In this document: positions 38,993 through 48,853 of the stretch, piece by piece
Position numbering within the stretch: the first letter of the stretch is position 1
How the letters are laid out: the number at the start of each line of letters is the position of its first letter
Source: an uncultured Verrucomicrobiae bacterium
Lineage (GTDB): Bacteria > Verrucomicrobiota > Verrucomicrobiia > Chthoniobacterales > Chthoniobacteraceae
Direction: 5' to 3'
Assembly: GCA_963828525.1 (NCBI GenBank)
Contig: CAWHEP010000005.1
Span: 96,001-160,000 of the forward strand
DNA: 64,000 nucleotides
Program-made: the position numbers and the translations under genes
The notes under the pieces: model-generated
Told to the model about the DNA's origin: nothing
Databases searched by the model: none
What the model saw: only the letters and a program-made list of their open reading frames with translations

Positions 38993-41406
38993 ATGAAATT
39001 CAGCCACCACAAAACCATTCAACTCCTCACTGCCGCGTTGATGTTCGCTGCGCTCGCGCCCATCGCCGCCGCGGACAAACCGGAGGGCGGCTTTGCCATT
39101 TTCGCGAACGACGGTGCCTGGTGCTGGTTCAGCGATCCTCGCGCCATCTACCGGAACGGCAAAATTTACGCCGGCTGGATCACGAGCGACGGCTCTGTGC
39201 AGATCGGCGCGATGGCTCCCGCCACAGGTGCCGTCCAAACCGTGACCCTCGCCGCGAAGTTCGAAAAGGACGACCATGACAGCCCGTCGTTGCTCTTTCT
39301 GCCCGACGGGCGGCTCGCGGTCTTCTATTCAAAGCACACCAACGCTCGTGGCGACATGCACCTCCGCATCACCTCCAAACCGGAGGACATCGGTGAATGG
39401 GTGCCTGATCGCGAACTGGGATTTCTGAGCAACGGCAAAAAGGGCGCGACCTACTCCAACCCGGCAATGCTCAGCAACGAGGGCAATGCCATTTACCTCT
39501 TCTGGCGCGGCTCGGATTGGAAACCGACGTTCTCCGTGTCCAGGGATCTCGGCCAGACGTGGAGTCCGCCCCGCGTGGTCATAGCGCGTCCCGGCGCGGA
39601 CAACGGAAACCGGCCTTACCTGAAAGCGTGGAACGACGGCAAGGGTCGCATCGACCTGATTTTTACCGATGGCCACCCGCGCAACGAGAACACTAACAGC
39701 GTCTATTTCGCTGCGCTATGAAAAAGGGGCGTTTTTCAAGGCGGATGGCACGCGCATCGGCGGCATGGAAGACCTGCCTTTGGACCCGGCGAAGTGCGAC
39801 CGCGTCTACGACGGCTCGACCGCCGGACGGGGATGGATCTGGGACGTCGCCGAGCAGGATGGCCGGCCCGCGATCGCTTACACGCGGATGCCGACGGTGG
39901 ACGATCATCGCTACTGCTACGCGCGCTGGACCGGCAAGGAGTGGAAGGACTCGCCGGTCGCCGCCGCCGGCAAATGGTTCCCGCAGACCCCGCCAGGAAA
40001 AAAGGAGGGTGAACCTAACTATTCGGCGGGCATGGCCATCGACCACCAGTCAGTGGACACGCTTTATCTCGCGCTGCCGGCCAGCGGCATTTTCGAGATC
40101 GAGAAGTGGCGCACCCCGGACGGCGGGCAGTCGTGGCAACACGAGCCGGTCACTCATCATTCAACGACCGCCAACGTCCGCCCCTTCGCGGTTCGCGATG
40201 CTCCGCCAGGGTCGCCCAACGTCATGTGGATGAATCTGAGCGGTCGATTACATCCATTACACGAACTTCCTGACCTCCCTGCAGATCAACCGTCCCGGCG
40301 GCGCGTTGCCGCCTCCGCCGGTCGCTTCCGCGCCTGCGCCGGCGCCAGCCGCGTTGCGGCAGGCGAGCAATCCGCGGTCATCGTCAGCGGCCGAGATCCT
40401 CGCCGTCATGCGGCGCGTCGGCGACTGGCAACTTGCAAACGGGGCGCATCGGCGGACCGACGACTGGATCCAGGGCGTCGGATACACCGGCATTATGGCG
40501 CTGGCGGATGTCAGCGGTGACCCGAAATACCTCGATGCCATGCGCGCCATGGGCGAGACAAACGGCTGGAAGCTCGGGCCGACGGAATACTTCGCCGATG
40601 ACCACGCGGTGGGGCAGACATACGCCGAGCTTTACCTGCGCGAGCACGACCCCAGGATGATCGCGCCGATGCGCGCGCAGTTTGACGCCATCCTCGCCGC
40701 GCCGAAAACCGGTGACCTCGACATTAAAAGTAAAGCCGTTTTCGACAAATGGTCGTGGTGCGATTCGCTGTTCATGGCGCCGCCGGCTTGGGCGCGGCTC
40801 TGGGCGGCCACCGGCGACCGGCGTTACCTCGATTTCGCTGTCGAGCGCTGGTGGCGGACCAGCGAATACCTCTACGACAAACAGGAGCGCCTTTACTTCC
40901 GCGACAGCAGTTTTTTCAGCAAGCGCGAGGCGAACGGCCAGAAAGTCTTCTGGGCGCGAGGCAACGGTTGGGTGCTGGGCGGGCTGGCCCGCGTGCTGCA
41001 ATTCCTGCCGAAGGACCACCCTGCCCGACCTCGCTTCGAGCAGCAATTCAAGGAAATGGCCGCGAGGTTGATCACTCTACAGCAGAGCGACGGCATGTGG
41101 CGCGCAAGCCTGCTCGATCCGCAGAGTTTTCCGATGGAGGAAACCAGTGGCACGGGGCTCATCTGCTATGGCATGGCCTGGGGTGTGAACAACGGGCTCC
41201 TCGACCATGCGCAGTTCGCGCCCGCCGTGAACAAGGCGTGGCAGGCAATGGCAGAGTGCGTCAAACCCGACGGGCGGCTTACGCATGTTCAGCCCGTGGG
41301 TTCCGCCCCCAAGAAAGACTTCGATCCCGAACACACCGACGCCTTTGGGGTGGGGGCGGTTTTGCTTGCCGGTAGCGAGGTATGCCGGTTGGTAGGCCCC
41401 AAGTGA
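38993..41406 (+). CDS. Secreted BNR-4 beta-propeller domain fused through a Pro/Ala linker to a GH105/GH88 unsaturated glycuronyl hydrolase (indels near 39710 and 40245)
   Basis: Signal peptide; GAWCWFSDPRA, DDHDSP, TYSNP, FWRG, RPYLK, DGHP; then FADD, WSWCDSLFMAPP, FWARGNGWV, EETSGT, VQPVG. Confidence 0.82.
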
Positions 41407-41486
41407 CAGCCCGGCAACTTGCGTGTGGCTTCAAGGTTCGCACCAGTTAGATTGAACCGGCGACTTTCGCTTTGACGAAATTCTAC

Positions 41487-44400
41487 ATGATCACGACTCC
41501 TTTTTTGCGCCAGTGCCTTTTCGGGGTTCTTATCCTCTCTTTCGGATTGTCGGCGCGAGCCGATAAGACGAGACCCAGTTTTCCTCCCGTGGACAGTGAA
41601 CCGCTGGGCACGGTGAGTGCCGGTGCGATCGTACTGCACGACAAGTGGCAGATGCGAGAGGAAGCGATCGTTGGCGACCACGGCGATACCTTTTCCGCGC
41701 CCACGTTCGACGCGAAGGATTGGTATCCGGCAACCGTGCCCACCACCGCCCTGGCAACTCTGGCGCGCAACGGGATCTATCCCGACCCGATCATCGGCAC
41801 AGGCATGATGAAAATCCCGGACGTGAACGCGGCCGAGAACGCGCGGTACGATCTGCTCAAGTATAGTCACCTGCCGGATCACTCGAATCCCTTTGATCGC
41901 CCATACTGGTTCCGCACTTCTTTCACGCTGCCCGCCAATTATCAAAGCCAAACGGTGTGGCTGCATCTGGACGGCATCAACTACCGTGCGGATGTCTGGC
42001 TGAACGGCCATCAGATCGCGAACGCGCAGGGCGTGGTGGGGATGTTCAAGCGGTTTCGATTCGATGTTAGCAAGTTCGCGAAGACGGGCGGCGCGACGAA
42101 TACCTTGGCCATTCGCATCCATCAACTGGACGTGCCCGGCGATCCGGTGACGGAGCAATTGGGCGGCGTCTACGGTCCCGTCGGACCCAACGGCGGCGAC
42201 CGAACGATTCTCGACAACGTGACCATGTACCAGACCGCCGGCTGGGATTGGACGCCGAGCGTGCGTGATCGGAACATGGGCATCTGGCAGCATGTCTGGC
42301 TGGAAGCGACGGGGCCGGTGGCCGTACGCGATTCCGCCGGGTTCGTGGATGTTCATTGGAAACCCGGACAGGATGCGCCGATCAAGGTGCGCGGTTATTT
42401 AGACAATCCGGGTCAGCAGTCGGTTAGCACCGATCTTACGGTTCGCATTGCGCCGGAAGGTTTCGCCGGAACCGCCGTGGAATTTAGGCAGAACGTCTCC
42501 GCCGCTCCTGGCCGGAATGAGTTCATTCTGCTGCCCACGGATCATCCCGAACTCGTCTTGCACAATCCAAAGGTGTGGTGGCCCGATACCTATGGCGACC
42601 ACCCGCTTTACAGGCTGACCGTCAGCGCATCGGTCGCCAGCAGGCCGAGCTCCTCGGCCTCTTCACTTCTCGGTGTGCGAACGGTCGGCACCCTTATCCT
42701 CGCCAGCGGCGGACGCGCCTTTACCTGCAACGGGCGCACCATCCGACTTTCCGGCGGCGCCTGGATCCCCGACACCATGCTGAGCTGGAGCGCCCAGCGC
42801 TACCGCGACGAGGTGCGCCTGATGGCCGAAGGCAACCAGACCGTTGTCCGAGTCAACGGCTGCGGCATCATGCCGCCGGATGTTTTCTTCAATGCCTGCG
42901 ACCGGAACGGGTTGCTGGTTTGGGAGGACTTCTCCCGCACGTCTCCGAACATCGTCGGCCAGGTCGACGCTAAACTCCTCATGGATAACATGATTGACTG
43001 CATCGACCGCATGAGAGGCCATCCCAGCCTGTTGCTCTGGGAGGGTGCCAACGAGGCGGTGCCTCCACAAGAATGGGCGCAGCCGATGCAGGACAAAGTG
43101 CTCCCGGCCATGGACGGGACCCGTCCCTGGCTGGTATCGAGCAGCCGGAATGCTCCTTGGGGGGTGCCCGTCATCCACACGGATTCGGGAGGACCCTATC
43201 TCCAGCAACCGCTACGGACCCTGTTCGGCTTTTATGCTCACGACGCCCATACGACCGCCAAGAACGAAATCGGGATGGCGGCGCCGATGAACATCAACTC
43301 CGTCGTCCGATCCATTCCCGATTGGGACCAGACCGACGATAAAAACTTTCCGCTCAATGTGACTTTCGGTTTTCACGATGCCGTCACCTATTATGTCCCT
43401 ACGCACAGCGCGATCGCCGAGCAGTTCGGGCCGATGCCGGACTTGATGGAATATCTTTGGATCGGAGACCTGTTCGACGGGGAGTTTTACCGGGGCGTGT
43501 ACGAAGCAGCCAACAAGGTGCGGCCGCGCAACGAGGGCACCCATCTCTGGAAGGTGAACGCCGCCTGGCCCTCCATGATTTGGCAGCTCTTCGACTGGTA
43601 TCTGCACCCCAACTCCGGCTATTACGGAATGAAGGAAGCTCTCAAGCCGATCCACGTCCAGTATAGCATTGACGACAGCGGCGTCCAGGTTGTGAGCACC
43701 GAACTGGGCGCTTTGAAGGGCGCGAAGATGAGCGCGGAGATTGTCAGCCTCCAGGGTGTCACCGAGTCGAAGGCGGACTTCACGGTCGATGTGGCGGCGG
43801 ATGCGACCACGGTTGCCGGCAGTCTGGCCAAGCCATTCGCGGACGGCCACGCCCATTTCCTCGCGCTAACGTTGACCACGGCGGATGGGAAGGTGCTCGA
43901 CCATGACGTCCGCTGGGTGGCGGACGACGATGTCAGTTGGGAATTACAGGCGCTGGCTCCCGCGACGGTGGTGAGCACGGTGAAGAGCGCGCAGGTCGAT
44001 GGGGCCGAAACCGTGGACACCATCGGGATCGAAAATACCTCGAACGTGCCGGCGTGTGATGTCAGGTCCGAAATTTTGTCTGGCCCGCAGGGCGGCGAAG
44101 TGCTGCCCAGCTTCTGGACCGATAACGCGTTGAATTTCATGCCGCACGAGAAGCGCGAGGTGACCGTGCGCTACCGCACCGCGCTGCTGGCCGGAGCGGA
44201 ACCGCATCTCATAGTCGAAGGCTTCAATGTGATGCCGCGCGAAATCAACATCGCCGATGGCAAGGTGGTTCCGCTGTCGATCAAGCTGGTCGGCTGCGAG
44301 TCCGCACCCGCCCGCAATGGCAAGCCCACGGTGAAGCTGACTTATGTCAACGCCGGCACCTCGGGGCCGCGTTACACCTCGTGGCCGATTCCCCTCGCGG

Positions 44401-45050
44401 TGGACGGCCAGGTGGTGCGCTATGCCCATGTGGATGTCAGCGGGTCGAAGGAGACCTCACAAACCGTTTCGTTTGCCGAGCTGGCGGCAGGCGAGCACGA
44501 AATGAAGGCGGGCTTCTCCGGCCTCCCCGGGACGCAGGCCTCCATGAAGATCAGGGCGACGCCTCTGCCCGTCCAATTCGTGCCTCCACCCGTCAAGACG
44601 CTGGCGTCGAGCGAAAGCCCCGGCATGGAGGCCAGTCATTTGTTTGACGGCAATCTCTCGCCCAATTCCATCGGGAAGGCCGCTGACCTGGGCGGCGTTT
44701 ACCTGGCCGCGCCCAAGCAGAACGCGCCCGTGATCTGGACCGACTACGGCAAGCCAATCAAGGCGAACGGGCTGGCCTTCGCGCAGCCACCTTCCTCTCC
44801 ACCCGGCGCAAAGCATGCGACGACGATCAATCTGTGGTTTTTCGACACCGATCCCGGTGGCGGCCCGGTGGTTCCTCATGTGAAAACCAAGCGTGGTCCG
44901 GATGAAACGATCACCGTCCAGTGGCACAACGATTCTCTCCTGAGAGCTTGTCCTTTCGTCCATCCTCGCGCCGGCCAATTTGTCGTCATGCAACTTGTGG
45001 GGCACGGCGCCAGCGTCGGCGGCAGCGAATTGCGGCTAATCGCCCGGTAA
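41487..45050 (+). CDS. Secreted glycoside hydrolase family 2 (exo-beta-glucosaminidase/beta-mannosidase-like) with C-terminal accessory domains
   Basis: WLHLDGINYRADVWLNG, GWDWTP.VRDRNMGIW, CDRNGLLVWEDF, HPSLLLWEGANE, WKVNAAWPSMIWQLFDW. Confidence 0.88.
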   Translation: MITTPFLRQCLFGVLILSFGLSARADKTRPSFPPVDSEPLGTVSAGAIVLHDKWQMREEAIVGDHGDTFSAPTFDAKDWYPATVPTTALATLARNGIYPDPIIGTGMMKIPDVNAAENARYDLLKYSHLPDHSNPFDRPYWFRTSFTLPANYQSQTVWLHLDGINYRADVWLNGHQIANAQGVVGMFKRFRFDVSKFAKTGGATNTLAIRIHQLDVPGDPVTEQLGGVYGPVGPNGGDRTILDNVTMYQTAGWDWTPSVRDRNMGIWQHVWLEATGPVAVRDSAGFVDVHWKPGQDAPIKVRGYLDNPGQQSVSTDLTVRIAPEGFAGTAVEFRQNVSAAPGRNEFILLPTDHPELVLHNPKVWWPDTYGDHPLYRLTVSASVASRPSSSASSLLGVRTVGTLILASGGRAFTCNGRTIRLSGGAWIPDTMLSWSAQRYRDEVRLMAEGNQTVVRVNGCGIMPPDVFFNACDRNGLLVWEDFSRTSPNIVGQVDAKLLMDNMIDCIDRMRGHPSLLLWEGANEAVPPQEWAQPMQDKVLPAMDGTRPWLVSSSRNAPWGVPVIHTDSGGPYLQQPLRTLFGFYAHDAHTTAKNEIGMAAPMNINSVVRSIPDWDQTDDKNFPLNVTFGFHDAVTYYVPTHSAIAEQFGPMPDLMEYLWIGDLFDGEFYRGVYEAANKVRPRNEGTHLWKVNAAWPSMIWQLFDWYLHPNSGYYGMKEALKPIHVQYSIDDSGVQVVSTELGALKGAKMSAEIVSLQGVTESKADFTVDVAADATTVAGSLAKPFADGHAHFLALTLTTADGKVLDHDVRWVADDDVSWELQALAPATVVSTVKSAQVDGAETVDTIGIENTSNVPACDVRSEILSGPQGGEVLPSFWTDNALNFMPHEKREVTVRYRTALLAGAEPHLIVEGFNVMPREINIADGKVVPLSIKLVGCESAPARNGKPTVKLTYVNAGTSGPRYTSWPIPLAVDGQVVRYAHVDVSGSKETSQTVSFAELAAGEHEMKAGFSGLPGTQASMKIRATPLPVQFVPPPVKTLASSESPGMEASHLFDGNLSPNSIGKAADLGGVYLAAPKQNAPVIWTDYGKPIKANGLAFAQPPSSPPGAKHATTINLWFFDTDPGGGPVVPHVKTKRGPDETITVQWHNDSLLRACPFVHPRAGQFVVMQLVGHGASVGGSELRLIAR

Positions 45051-45294
45051 ACGCAGCGGCCAGTGGCACGGCCGACGCGGCAATGTTGGCAAGAGAACTA
45101 CACGGCAAAACTACTTGGTCGTGAGCCTGGCCCGTGTGGGAAAAGATGGAGAAGTATTGTGGAGCGTGGAAGCCTGAATTATTAACCACGTCCGCGGGGA
45201 CAACGCGGCTTTGAGCGGCCTGTTTTTTGATGCGGTTCGCCAACGATGATAGGATGATTTTCCGTCGGGGTGAGAGAAGGATTACAAAGGATTT

Positions 45295-48200
45295 TTACGG
45301 CTGCTTCAAGGAAGCTGCCTCTCCCGGCGGCGCCGCCTCGGCGCGCAGCACGACGGGACCGAGGAGACCCGAAGGCAATCGTGGCGCGCCAGCTTTGTAG
45401 GGGGGATAGTTGGTCCATGTCAGCCGCTGTGCCTCCGGCAAACCGGCGTCCGCGATCAGGCGGTTGGCCCACAGGTTGGCTACGTTTACCTCAAGCCGGT
45501 TTTTGCCCGGATGCAGCGCCGTGGTCACATCGGCCGCAAAGGGCGTTTTCCAAAGATCGCCAAGGCTCTGCCCGTTGACGATCAGAGACGCAATGACGTC
45601 CACCTTGCCAAGATCAAGCACCACTCTGCCCGGCAGGGTTTTTGGCAAGTCGAACTCCAGGCTGTACGTCGCCGTCCCAGAGTAATCCCGGATGCCCGCC
45701 TCAGGCGAGTCCGTCCAGGAAATGAGGCTGGGGAAGTTTGTACGCGCGGGCCCTCCCCATTTGGGATCGAAGCTCACCTCCCATGGGCCGGCGAAGCTTT
45801 GCCAAACCGGCATCGATTCCACCAAACCCGGGGCAGGTTTTGCCGGGGCCGGGCCGGCGCGGAAGACGACGAAAAGCGACTCGCGCGGTTCCAACTGGAT
45901 CGGTACCGATGTTAAAAGCCCTTGGCGAGCCGCGCCAGCCAATGCGGAAATTGAGCCGGTCTCCGGATTCCAAGCCTGGGGCAACCCGCCCTGGGCCCGA
46001 AAGTTCCCGGTAAATGACGCGGGGGTATCCCGATGGTTGGCTAGGAAGTAAATGTCCCCCTGTTCGCTCCTTCTATGGGCAAAGAGGATGCCAGCGTCCG
46101 CTCCCGTCGCCTCGAAATCTTTGGGAGTGCCAAGCAGTTCCAACTCGTCGGCTGGCGACCTGCCCCAAGCCATCGTCCCCAGCCCGGTCTTGTGTTCGCC
46201 GGGACCCTTCGGAGCGCCCGGCCCCCAGAGTTCATCGGCGATGCGCCGCACTTCCGCGTCGCCCGCCTCCCCATCTCCGAAGCTGGGCGAGCCGACCGGC
46301 TTCGTCGGGCCGAGAACGGTCGCGCCCGCCTTCACAAGAGCTTCCAAGTGTCGCGCGGCCGAGAGCGTCATGTGGTCACCACCGGCCAGCACCAGCATCC
46401 GGTAGCTCATCCCGCCCGGCAAGACCACCCGCCCATCCTGCGCGCTCGCGCGCGCCAGGATCTCATCGCCGCAAACGTCGTAATCATACCCCGATGGCGG
46501 CACGGGCCGCATCCGCCAGGTTACGATCTTCAAAGGTGTGTCGTTACCCAGGTGGTACAGCACATCGATCACAGGCTGGCCCTGCCGCATCAACGCGCAA
46601 GAGCGGGCGAGCGTATTCCAAAAACCGCCACTGTATTCCCACCAGGTATTATTCCGCTGGAAGGAGAGGATCAACTTGGGCTCGACGACGCCTGGTTTCT
46701 TATCGTCCCACGGCTGATGGACATCCGCGAGCACTACAAATCGATTGATGCCCAGCGAAAGCGCAGCGTCGGCGAGCGGCTTCTCCGTTTCAGGGTACGC
46801 GTTAAATGGGCTGCCGGTGAAAGATTCTGCCGCCGCGATCGGGTGCCCGTACAGGTGCGCGGCGCACGCTGCTTCTTTGCAGTCCATCGTCCCGTTGCGC
46901 TGGCCATACCAGAACTCGCCCATAGGGATTTCCACGCGGCCCTTCGACTGGACGTTGTCGCAGGCCATACCGGCCGCAATGCCAGGCGCCTGCGCCATCA
47001 GAGTCACCCCGTCGGCGTGGCAGAGCTTTTCGAATGTGCCGAAGTACTCGTCGCTCATCACGTCGGCAATCGTTCGACGTACGTCGAAAAGGACATGGTC
47101 AGAGAGTTGCGGACTGCCCACCACCCGGCCCGCCATCACGGGTAGGAAGCGGAGCAAGTCGTATCGACAACGCCGCCGGAATTGCGCCGGGAAATCCCCG
47201 GTCCAATTCTGCGATCCGCTCTCGGCGCTGTCGAGGTTCAGCCCGCTGACCCGCGCGCCGGGAACCGTCTTGATCTGTTCCAGGATGCGCCCGAAATAAT
47301 TCTTATATTGCACCGTTGTGGCCTCGGCGCTGAGCTTGTCGCATTCAAGGCCCATGCCTTCCGGTCTTCCATGCTTGGTCCCTGAGCCGGTCGGGGTGTG
47401 GCCGAAGCGCAGAATCGTCCATCGGCCCGGCGGAACGTCCCACTCCAGGCGCCCACCCGCATCCACCTGGCTCGTGAGATCCACGATCTTTTCGGGAGCG
47501 ATGACCTCCTCGCCTTTGTAGGGAGGGGTGCGATCGGGATTGGAGAAATCGACCACGTTGCCCGACTTGTATTCCCACTGGTCGACCAACGCTTCTCCGT
47601 GGAGATGGAGGTTTCCAAGTTGAAGAGCCAGGCCCTTGCTCGCCCCGTCCCACCCATGGAGCTTCAGCCGAAAAAAACGGGCGTTGACGGCCGGGAACGC
47701 CACGGTTTGCAGCTTCCAGTGATCTTGCAAATAGCCGCGGCCCGGCACATCGCAGATCGGCTGCCATTGCGATCCGTCATTGCTGGATTCCAACTGACCG
47801 ATGGGAGGGATGACATAGTGCGTGACCTTGGCGGGATCATCGCTCCAATCCCCTGGCTGCTGGGTAACGAGGACGAGCGCCTTGGAAATCGGGTTGATCG
47901 TGTAGCTCAAACCGCGCGCCGTGAACGGCTGGCCGTAGTCCATCTGGATCAGCACCGGCTGCTCGGCCGGTCCCGGCGGGATCTCCGCCAGCCATCGCGC
48001 CGAGGGATCGAACATATCGCGCAAACCGTGAATTGCCGGCGTGCTTTCCAGCGTCGGCTGCGCTCTTTGGGTGTCGTCGCCGGCAGGCGCGGGGAAGGCG
48101 AGCACCGCTACGTCCCGGTAATAATCCAGCTTGGTCGGCGGCTGCGGGAGAACCCCTGAAAATTTCCTACCGCCATCGACCTGCATTTCACTCGAAACCA

Positions 48201-48624
48201 GGCGCTGCATCCCAAGTGCCGGCGTGATCCAGGGACCGCCGGCGACGTAGCCACTGCAAGCGTTGACTTCGAGCGTCATGCCGAGCCGGGCGCACTCCGC
48301 GGCGGCGAATCTCACCCTCTCCATCCACTCCGGCGAAAGGCTTTTGAGCGCGTCAGGACCATCCCCAAAAACCTGCTCGTAAATAACCACGCCGCCAAAG
48401 CCGACTCGTTTTAGCGCTTCCAGATCATGGGTGATCCCGTGCTCCGTGGTGGCAGATTCACCCCAGAACCACCACATCGCCGGCTTGGCTGGCGTTGGCG
48501 GCGCGCGGAATGCGTCCTCAAGGGAATCCGGTTCGCCCGCGAGGCCGCAAAGCGCTCCAAGGAAAGTGATCGCGGCGACTCCCACGAGAATTCGTTTCGG
48601 GTCTAAAGATATGTGGCTGTTCAT
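45295..48624 (-). CDS. Secreted glycoside hydrolase family 106 (alpha-L-rhamnosidase-like), copy 1
   Basis: KPAMWWFW, GITHDLEALKRVGFGG, AGGPWITP, GLECDKLS, DSAESG, PMGEFW, AAESFT, and C-terminal ANLWANRLI, SGLLGPV. Confidence 0.88.
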   Translation of the reverse strand: MNSHISLDPKRILVGVAAITFLGALCGLAGEPDSLEDAFRAPPTPAKPAMWWFWGESATTEHGITHDLEALKRVGFGGVVIYEQVFGDGPDALKSLSPEWMERVRFAAAECARLGMTLEVNACSGYVAGGPWITPALGMQRLVSSEMQVDGGRKFSGVLPQPPTKLDYYRDVAVLAFPAPAGDDTQRAQPTLESTPAIHGLRDMFDPSARWLAEIPPGPAEQPVLIQMDYGQPFTARGLSYTINPISKALVLVTQQPGDWSDDPAKVTHYVIPPIGQLESSNDGSQWQPICDVPGRGYLQDHWKLQTVAFPAVNARFFRLKLHGWDGASKGLALQLGNLHLHGEALVDQWEYKSGNVVDFSNPDRTPPYKGEEVIAPEKIVDLTSQVDAGGRLEWDVPPGRWTILRFGHTPTGSGTKHGRPEGMGLECDKLSAEATTVQYKNYFGRILEQIKTVPGARVSGLNLDSAESGSQNWTGDFPAQFRRRCRYDLLRFLPVMAGRVVGSPQLSDHVLFDVRRTIADVMSDEYFGTFEKLCHADGVTLMAQAPGIAAGMACDNVQSKGRVEIPMGEFWYGQRNGTMDCKEAACAAHLYGHPIAAAESFTGSPFNAYPETEKPLADAALSLGINRFVVLADVHQPWDDKKPGVVEPKLILSFQRNNTWWEYSGGFWNTLARSCALMRQGQPVIDVLYHLGNDTPLKIVTWRMRPVPPSGYDYDVCGDEILARASAQDGRVVLPGGMSYRMLVLAGGDHMTLSAARHLEALVKAGATVLGPTKPVGSPSFGDGEAGDAEVRRIADELWGPGAPKGPGEHKTGLGTMAWGRSPADELELLGTPKDFEATGADAGILFAHRRSEQGDIYFLANHRDTPASFTGNFRAQGGLPQAWNPETGSISALAGAARQGLLTSVPIQLEPRESLFVVFRAGPAPAKPAPGLVESMPVWQSFAGPWEVSFDPKWGGPARTNFPSLISWTDSPEAGIRDYSGTATYSLEFDLPKTLPGRVVLDLGKVDVIASLIVNGQSLGDLWKTPFAADVTTALHPGKNRLEVNVANLWANRLIADAGLPEAQRLTWTNYPPYKAGAPRLPSGLLGPVVLRAEAAPPGEAASLKQP

Positions 48625-48853
48625 TGCTTCGTTGATTGCTCCGGCGTTTCAGGCTCTGCCAATGGGAAGGAAAAAAATGGTGGTCTTCCAAAACATGGAA
48701 CGCAAGCGAAACTCCCATTGCAAACAGGTCAGCTAATAGAGGGATGAAGTCTGCGCCTCTGCCTGGACGTCGATCCTCCTGAAGCGCGGACAGTCTGAGA
48801 GTTCGCCAGGCTTTTGCTGGCTTTTAAGGCGCAAAAACTGATGATGAAATACA

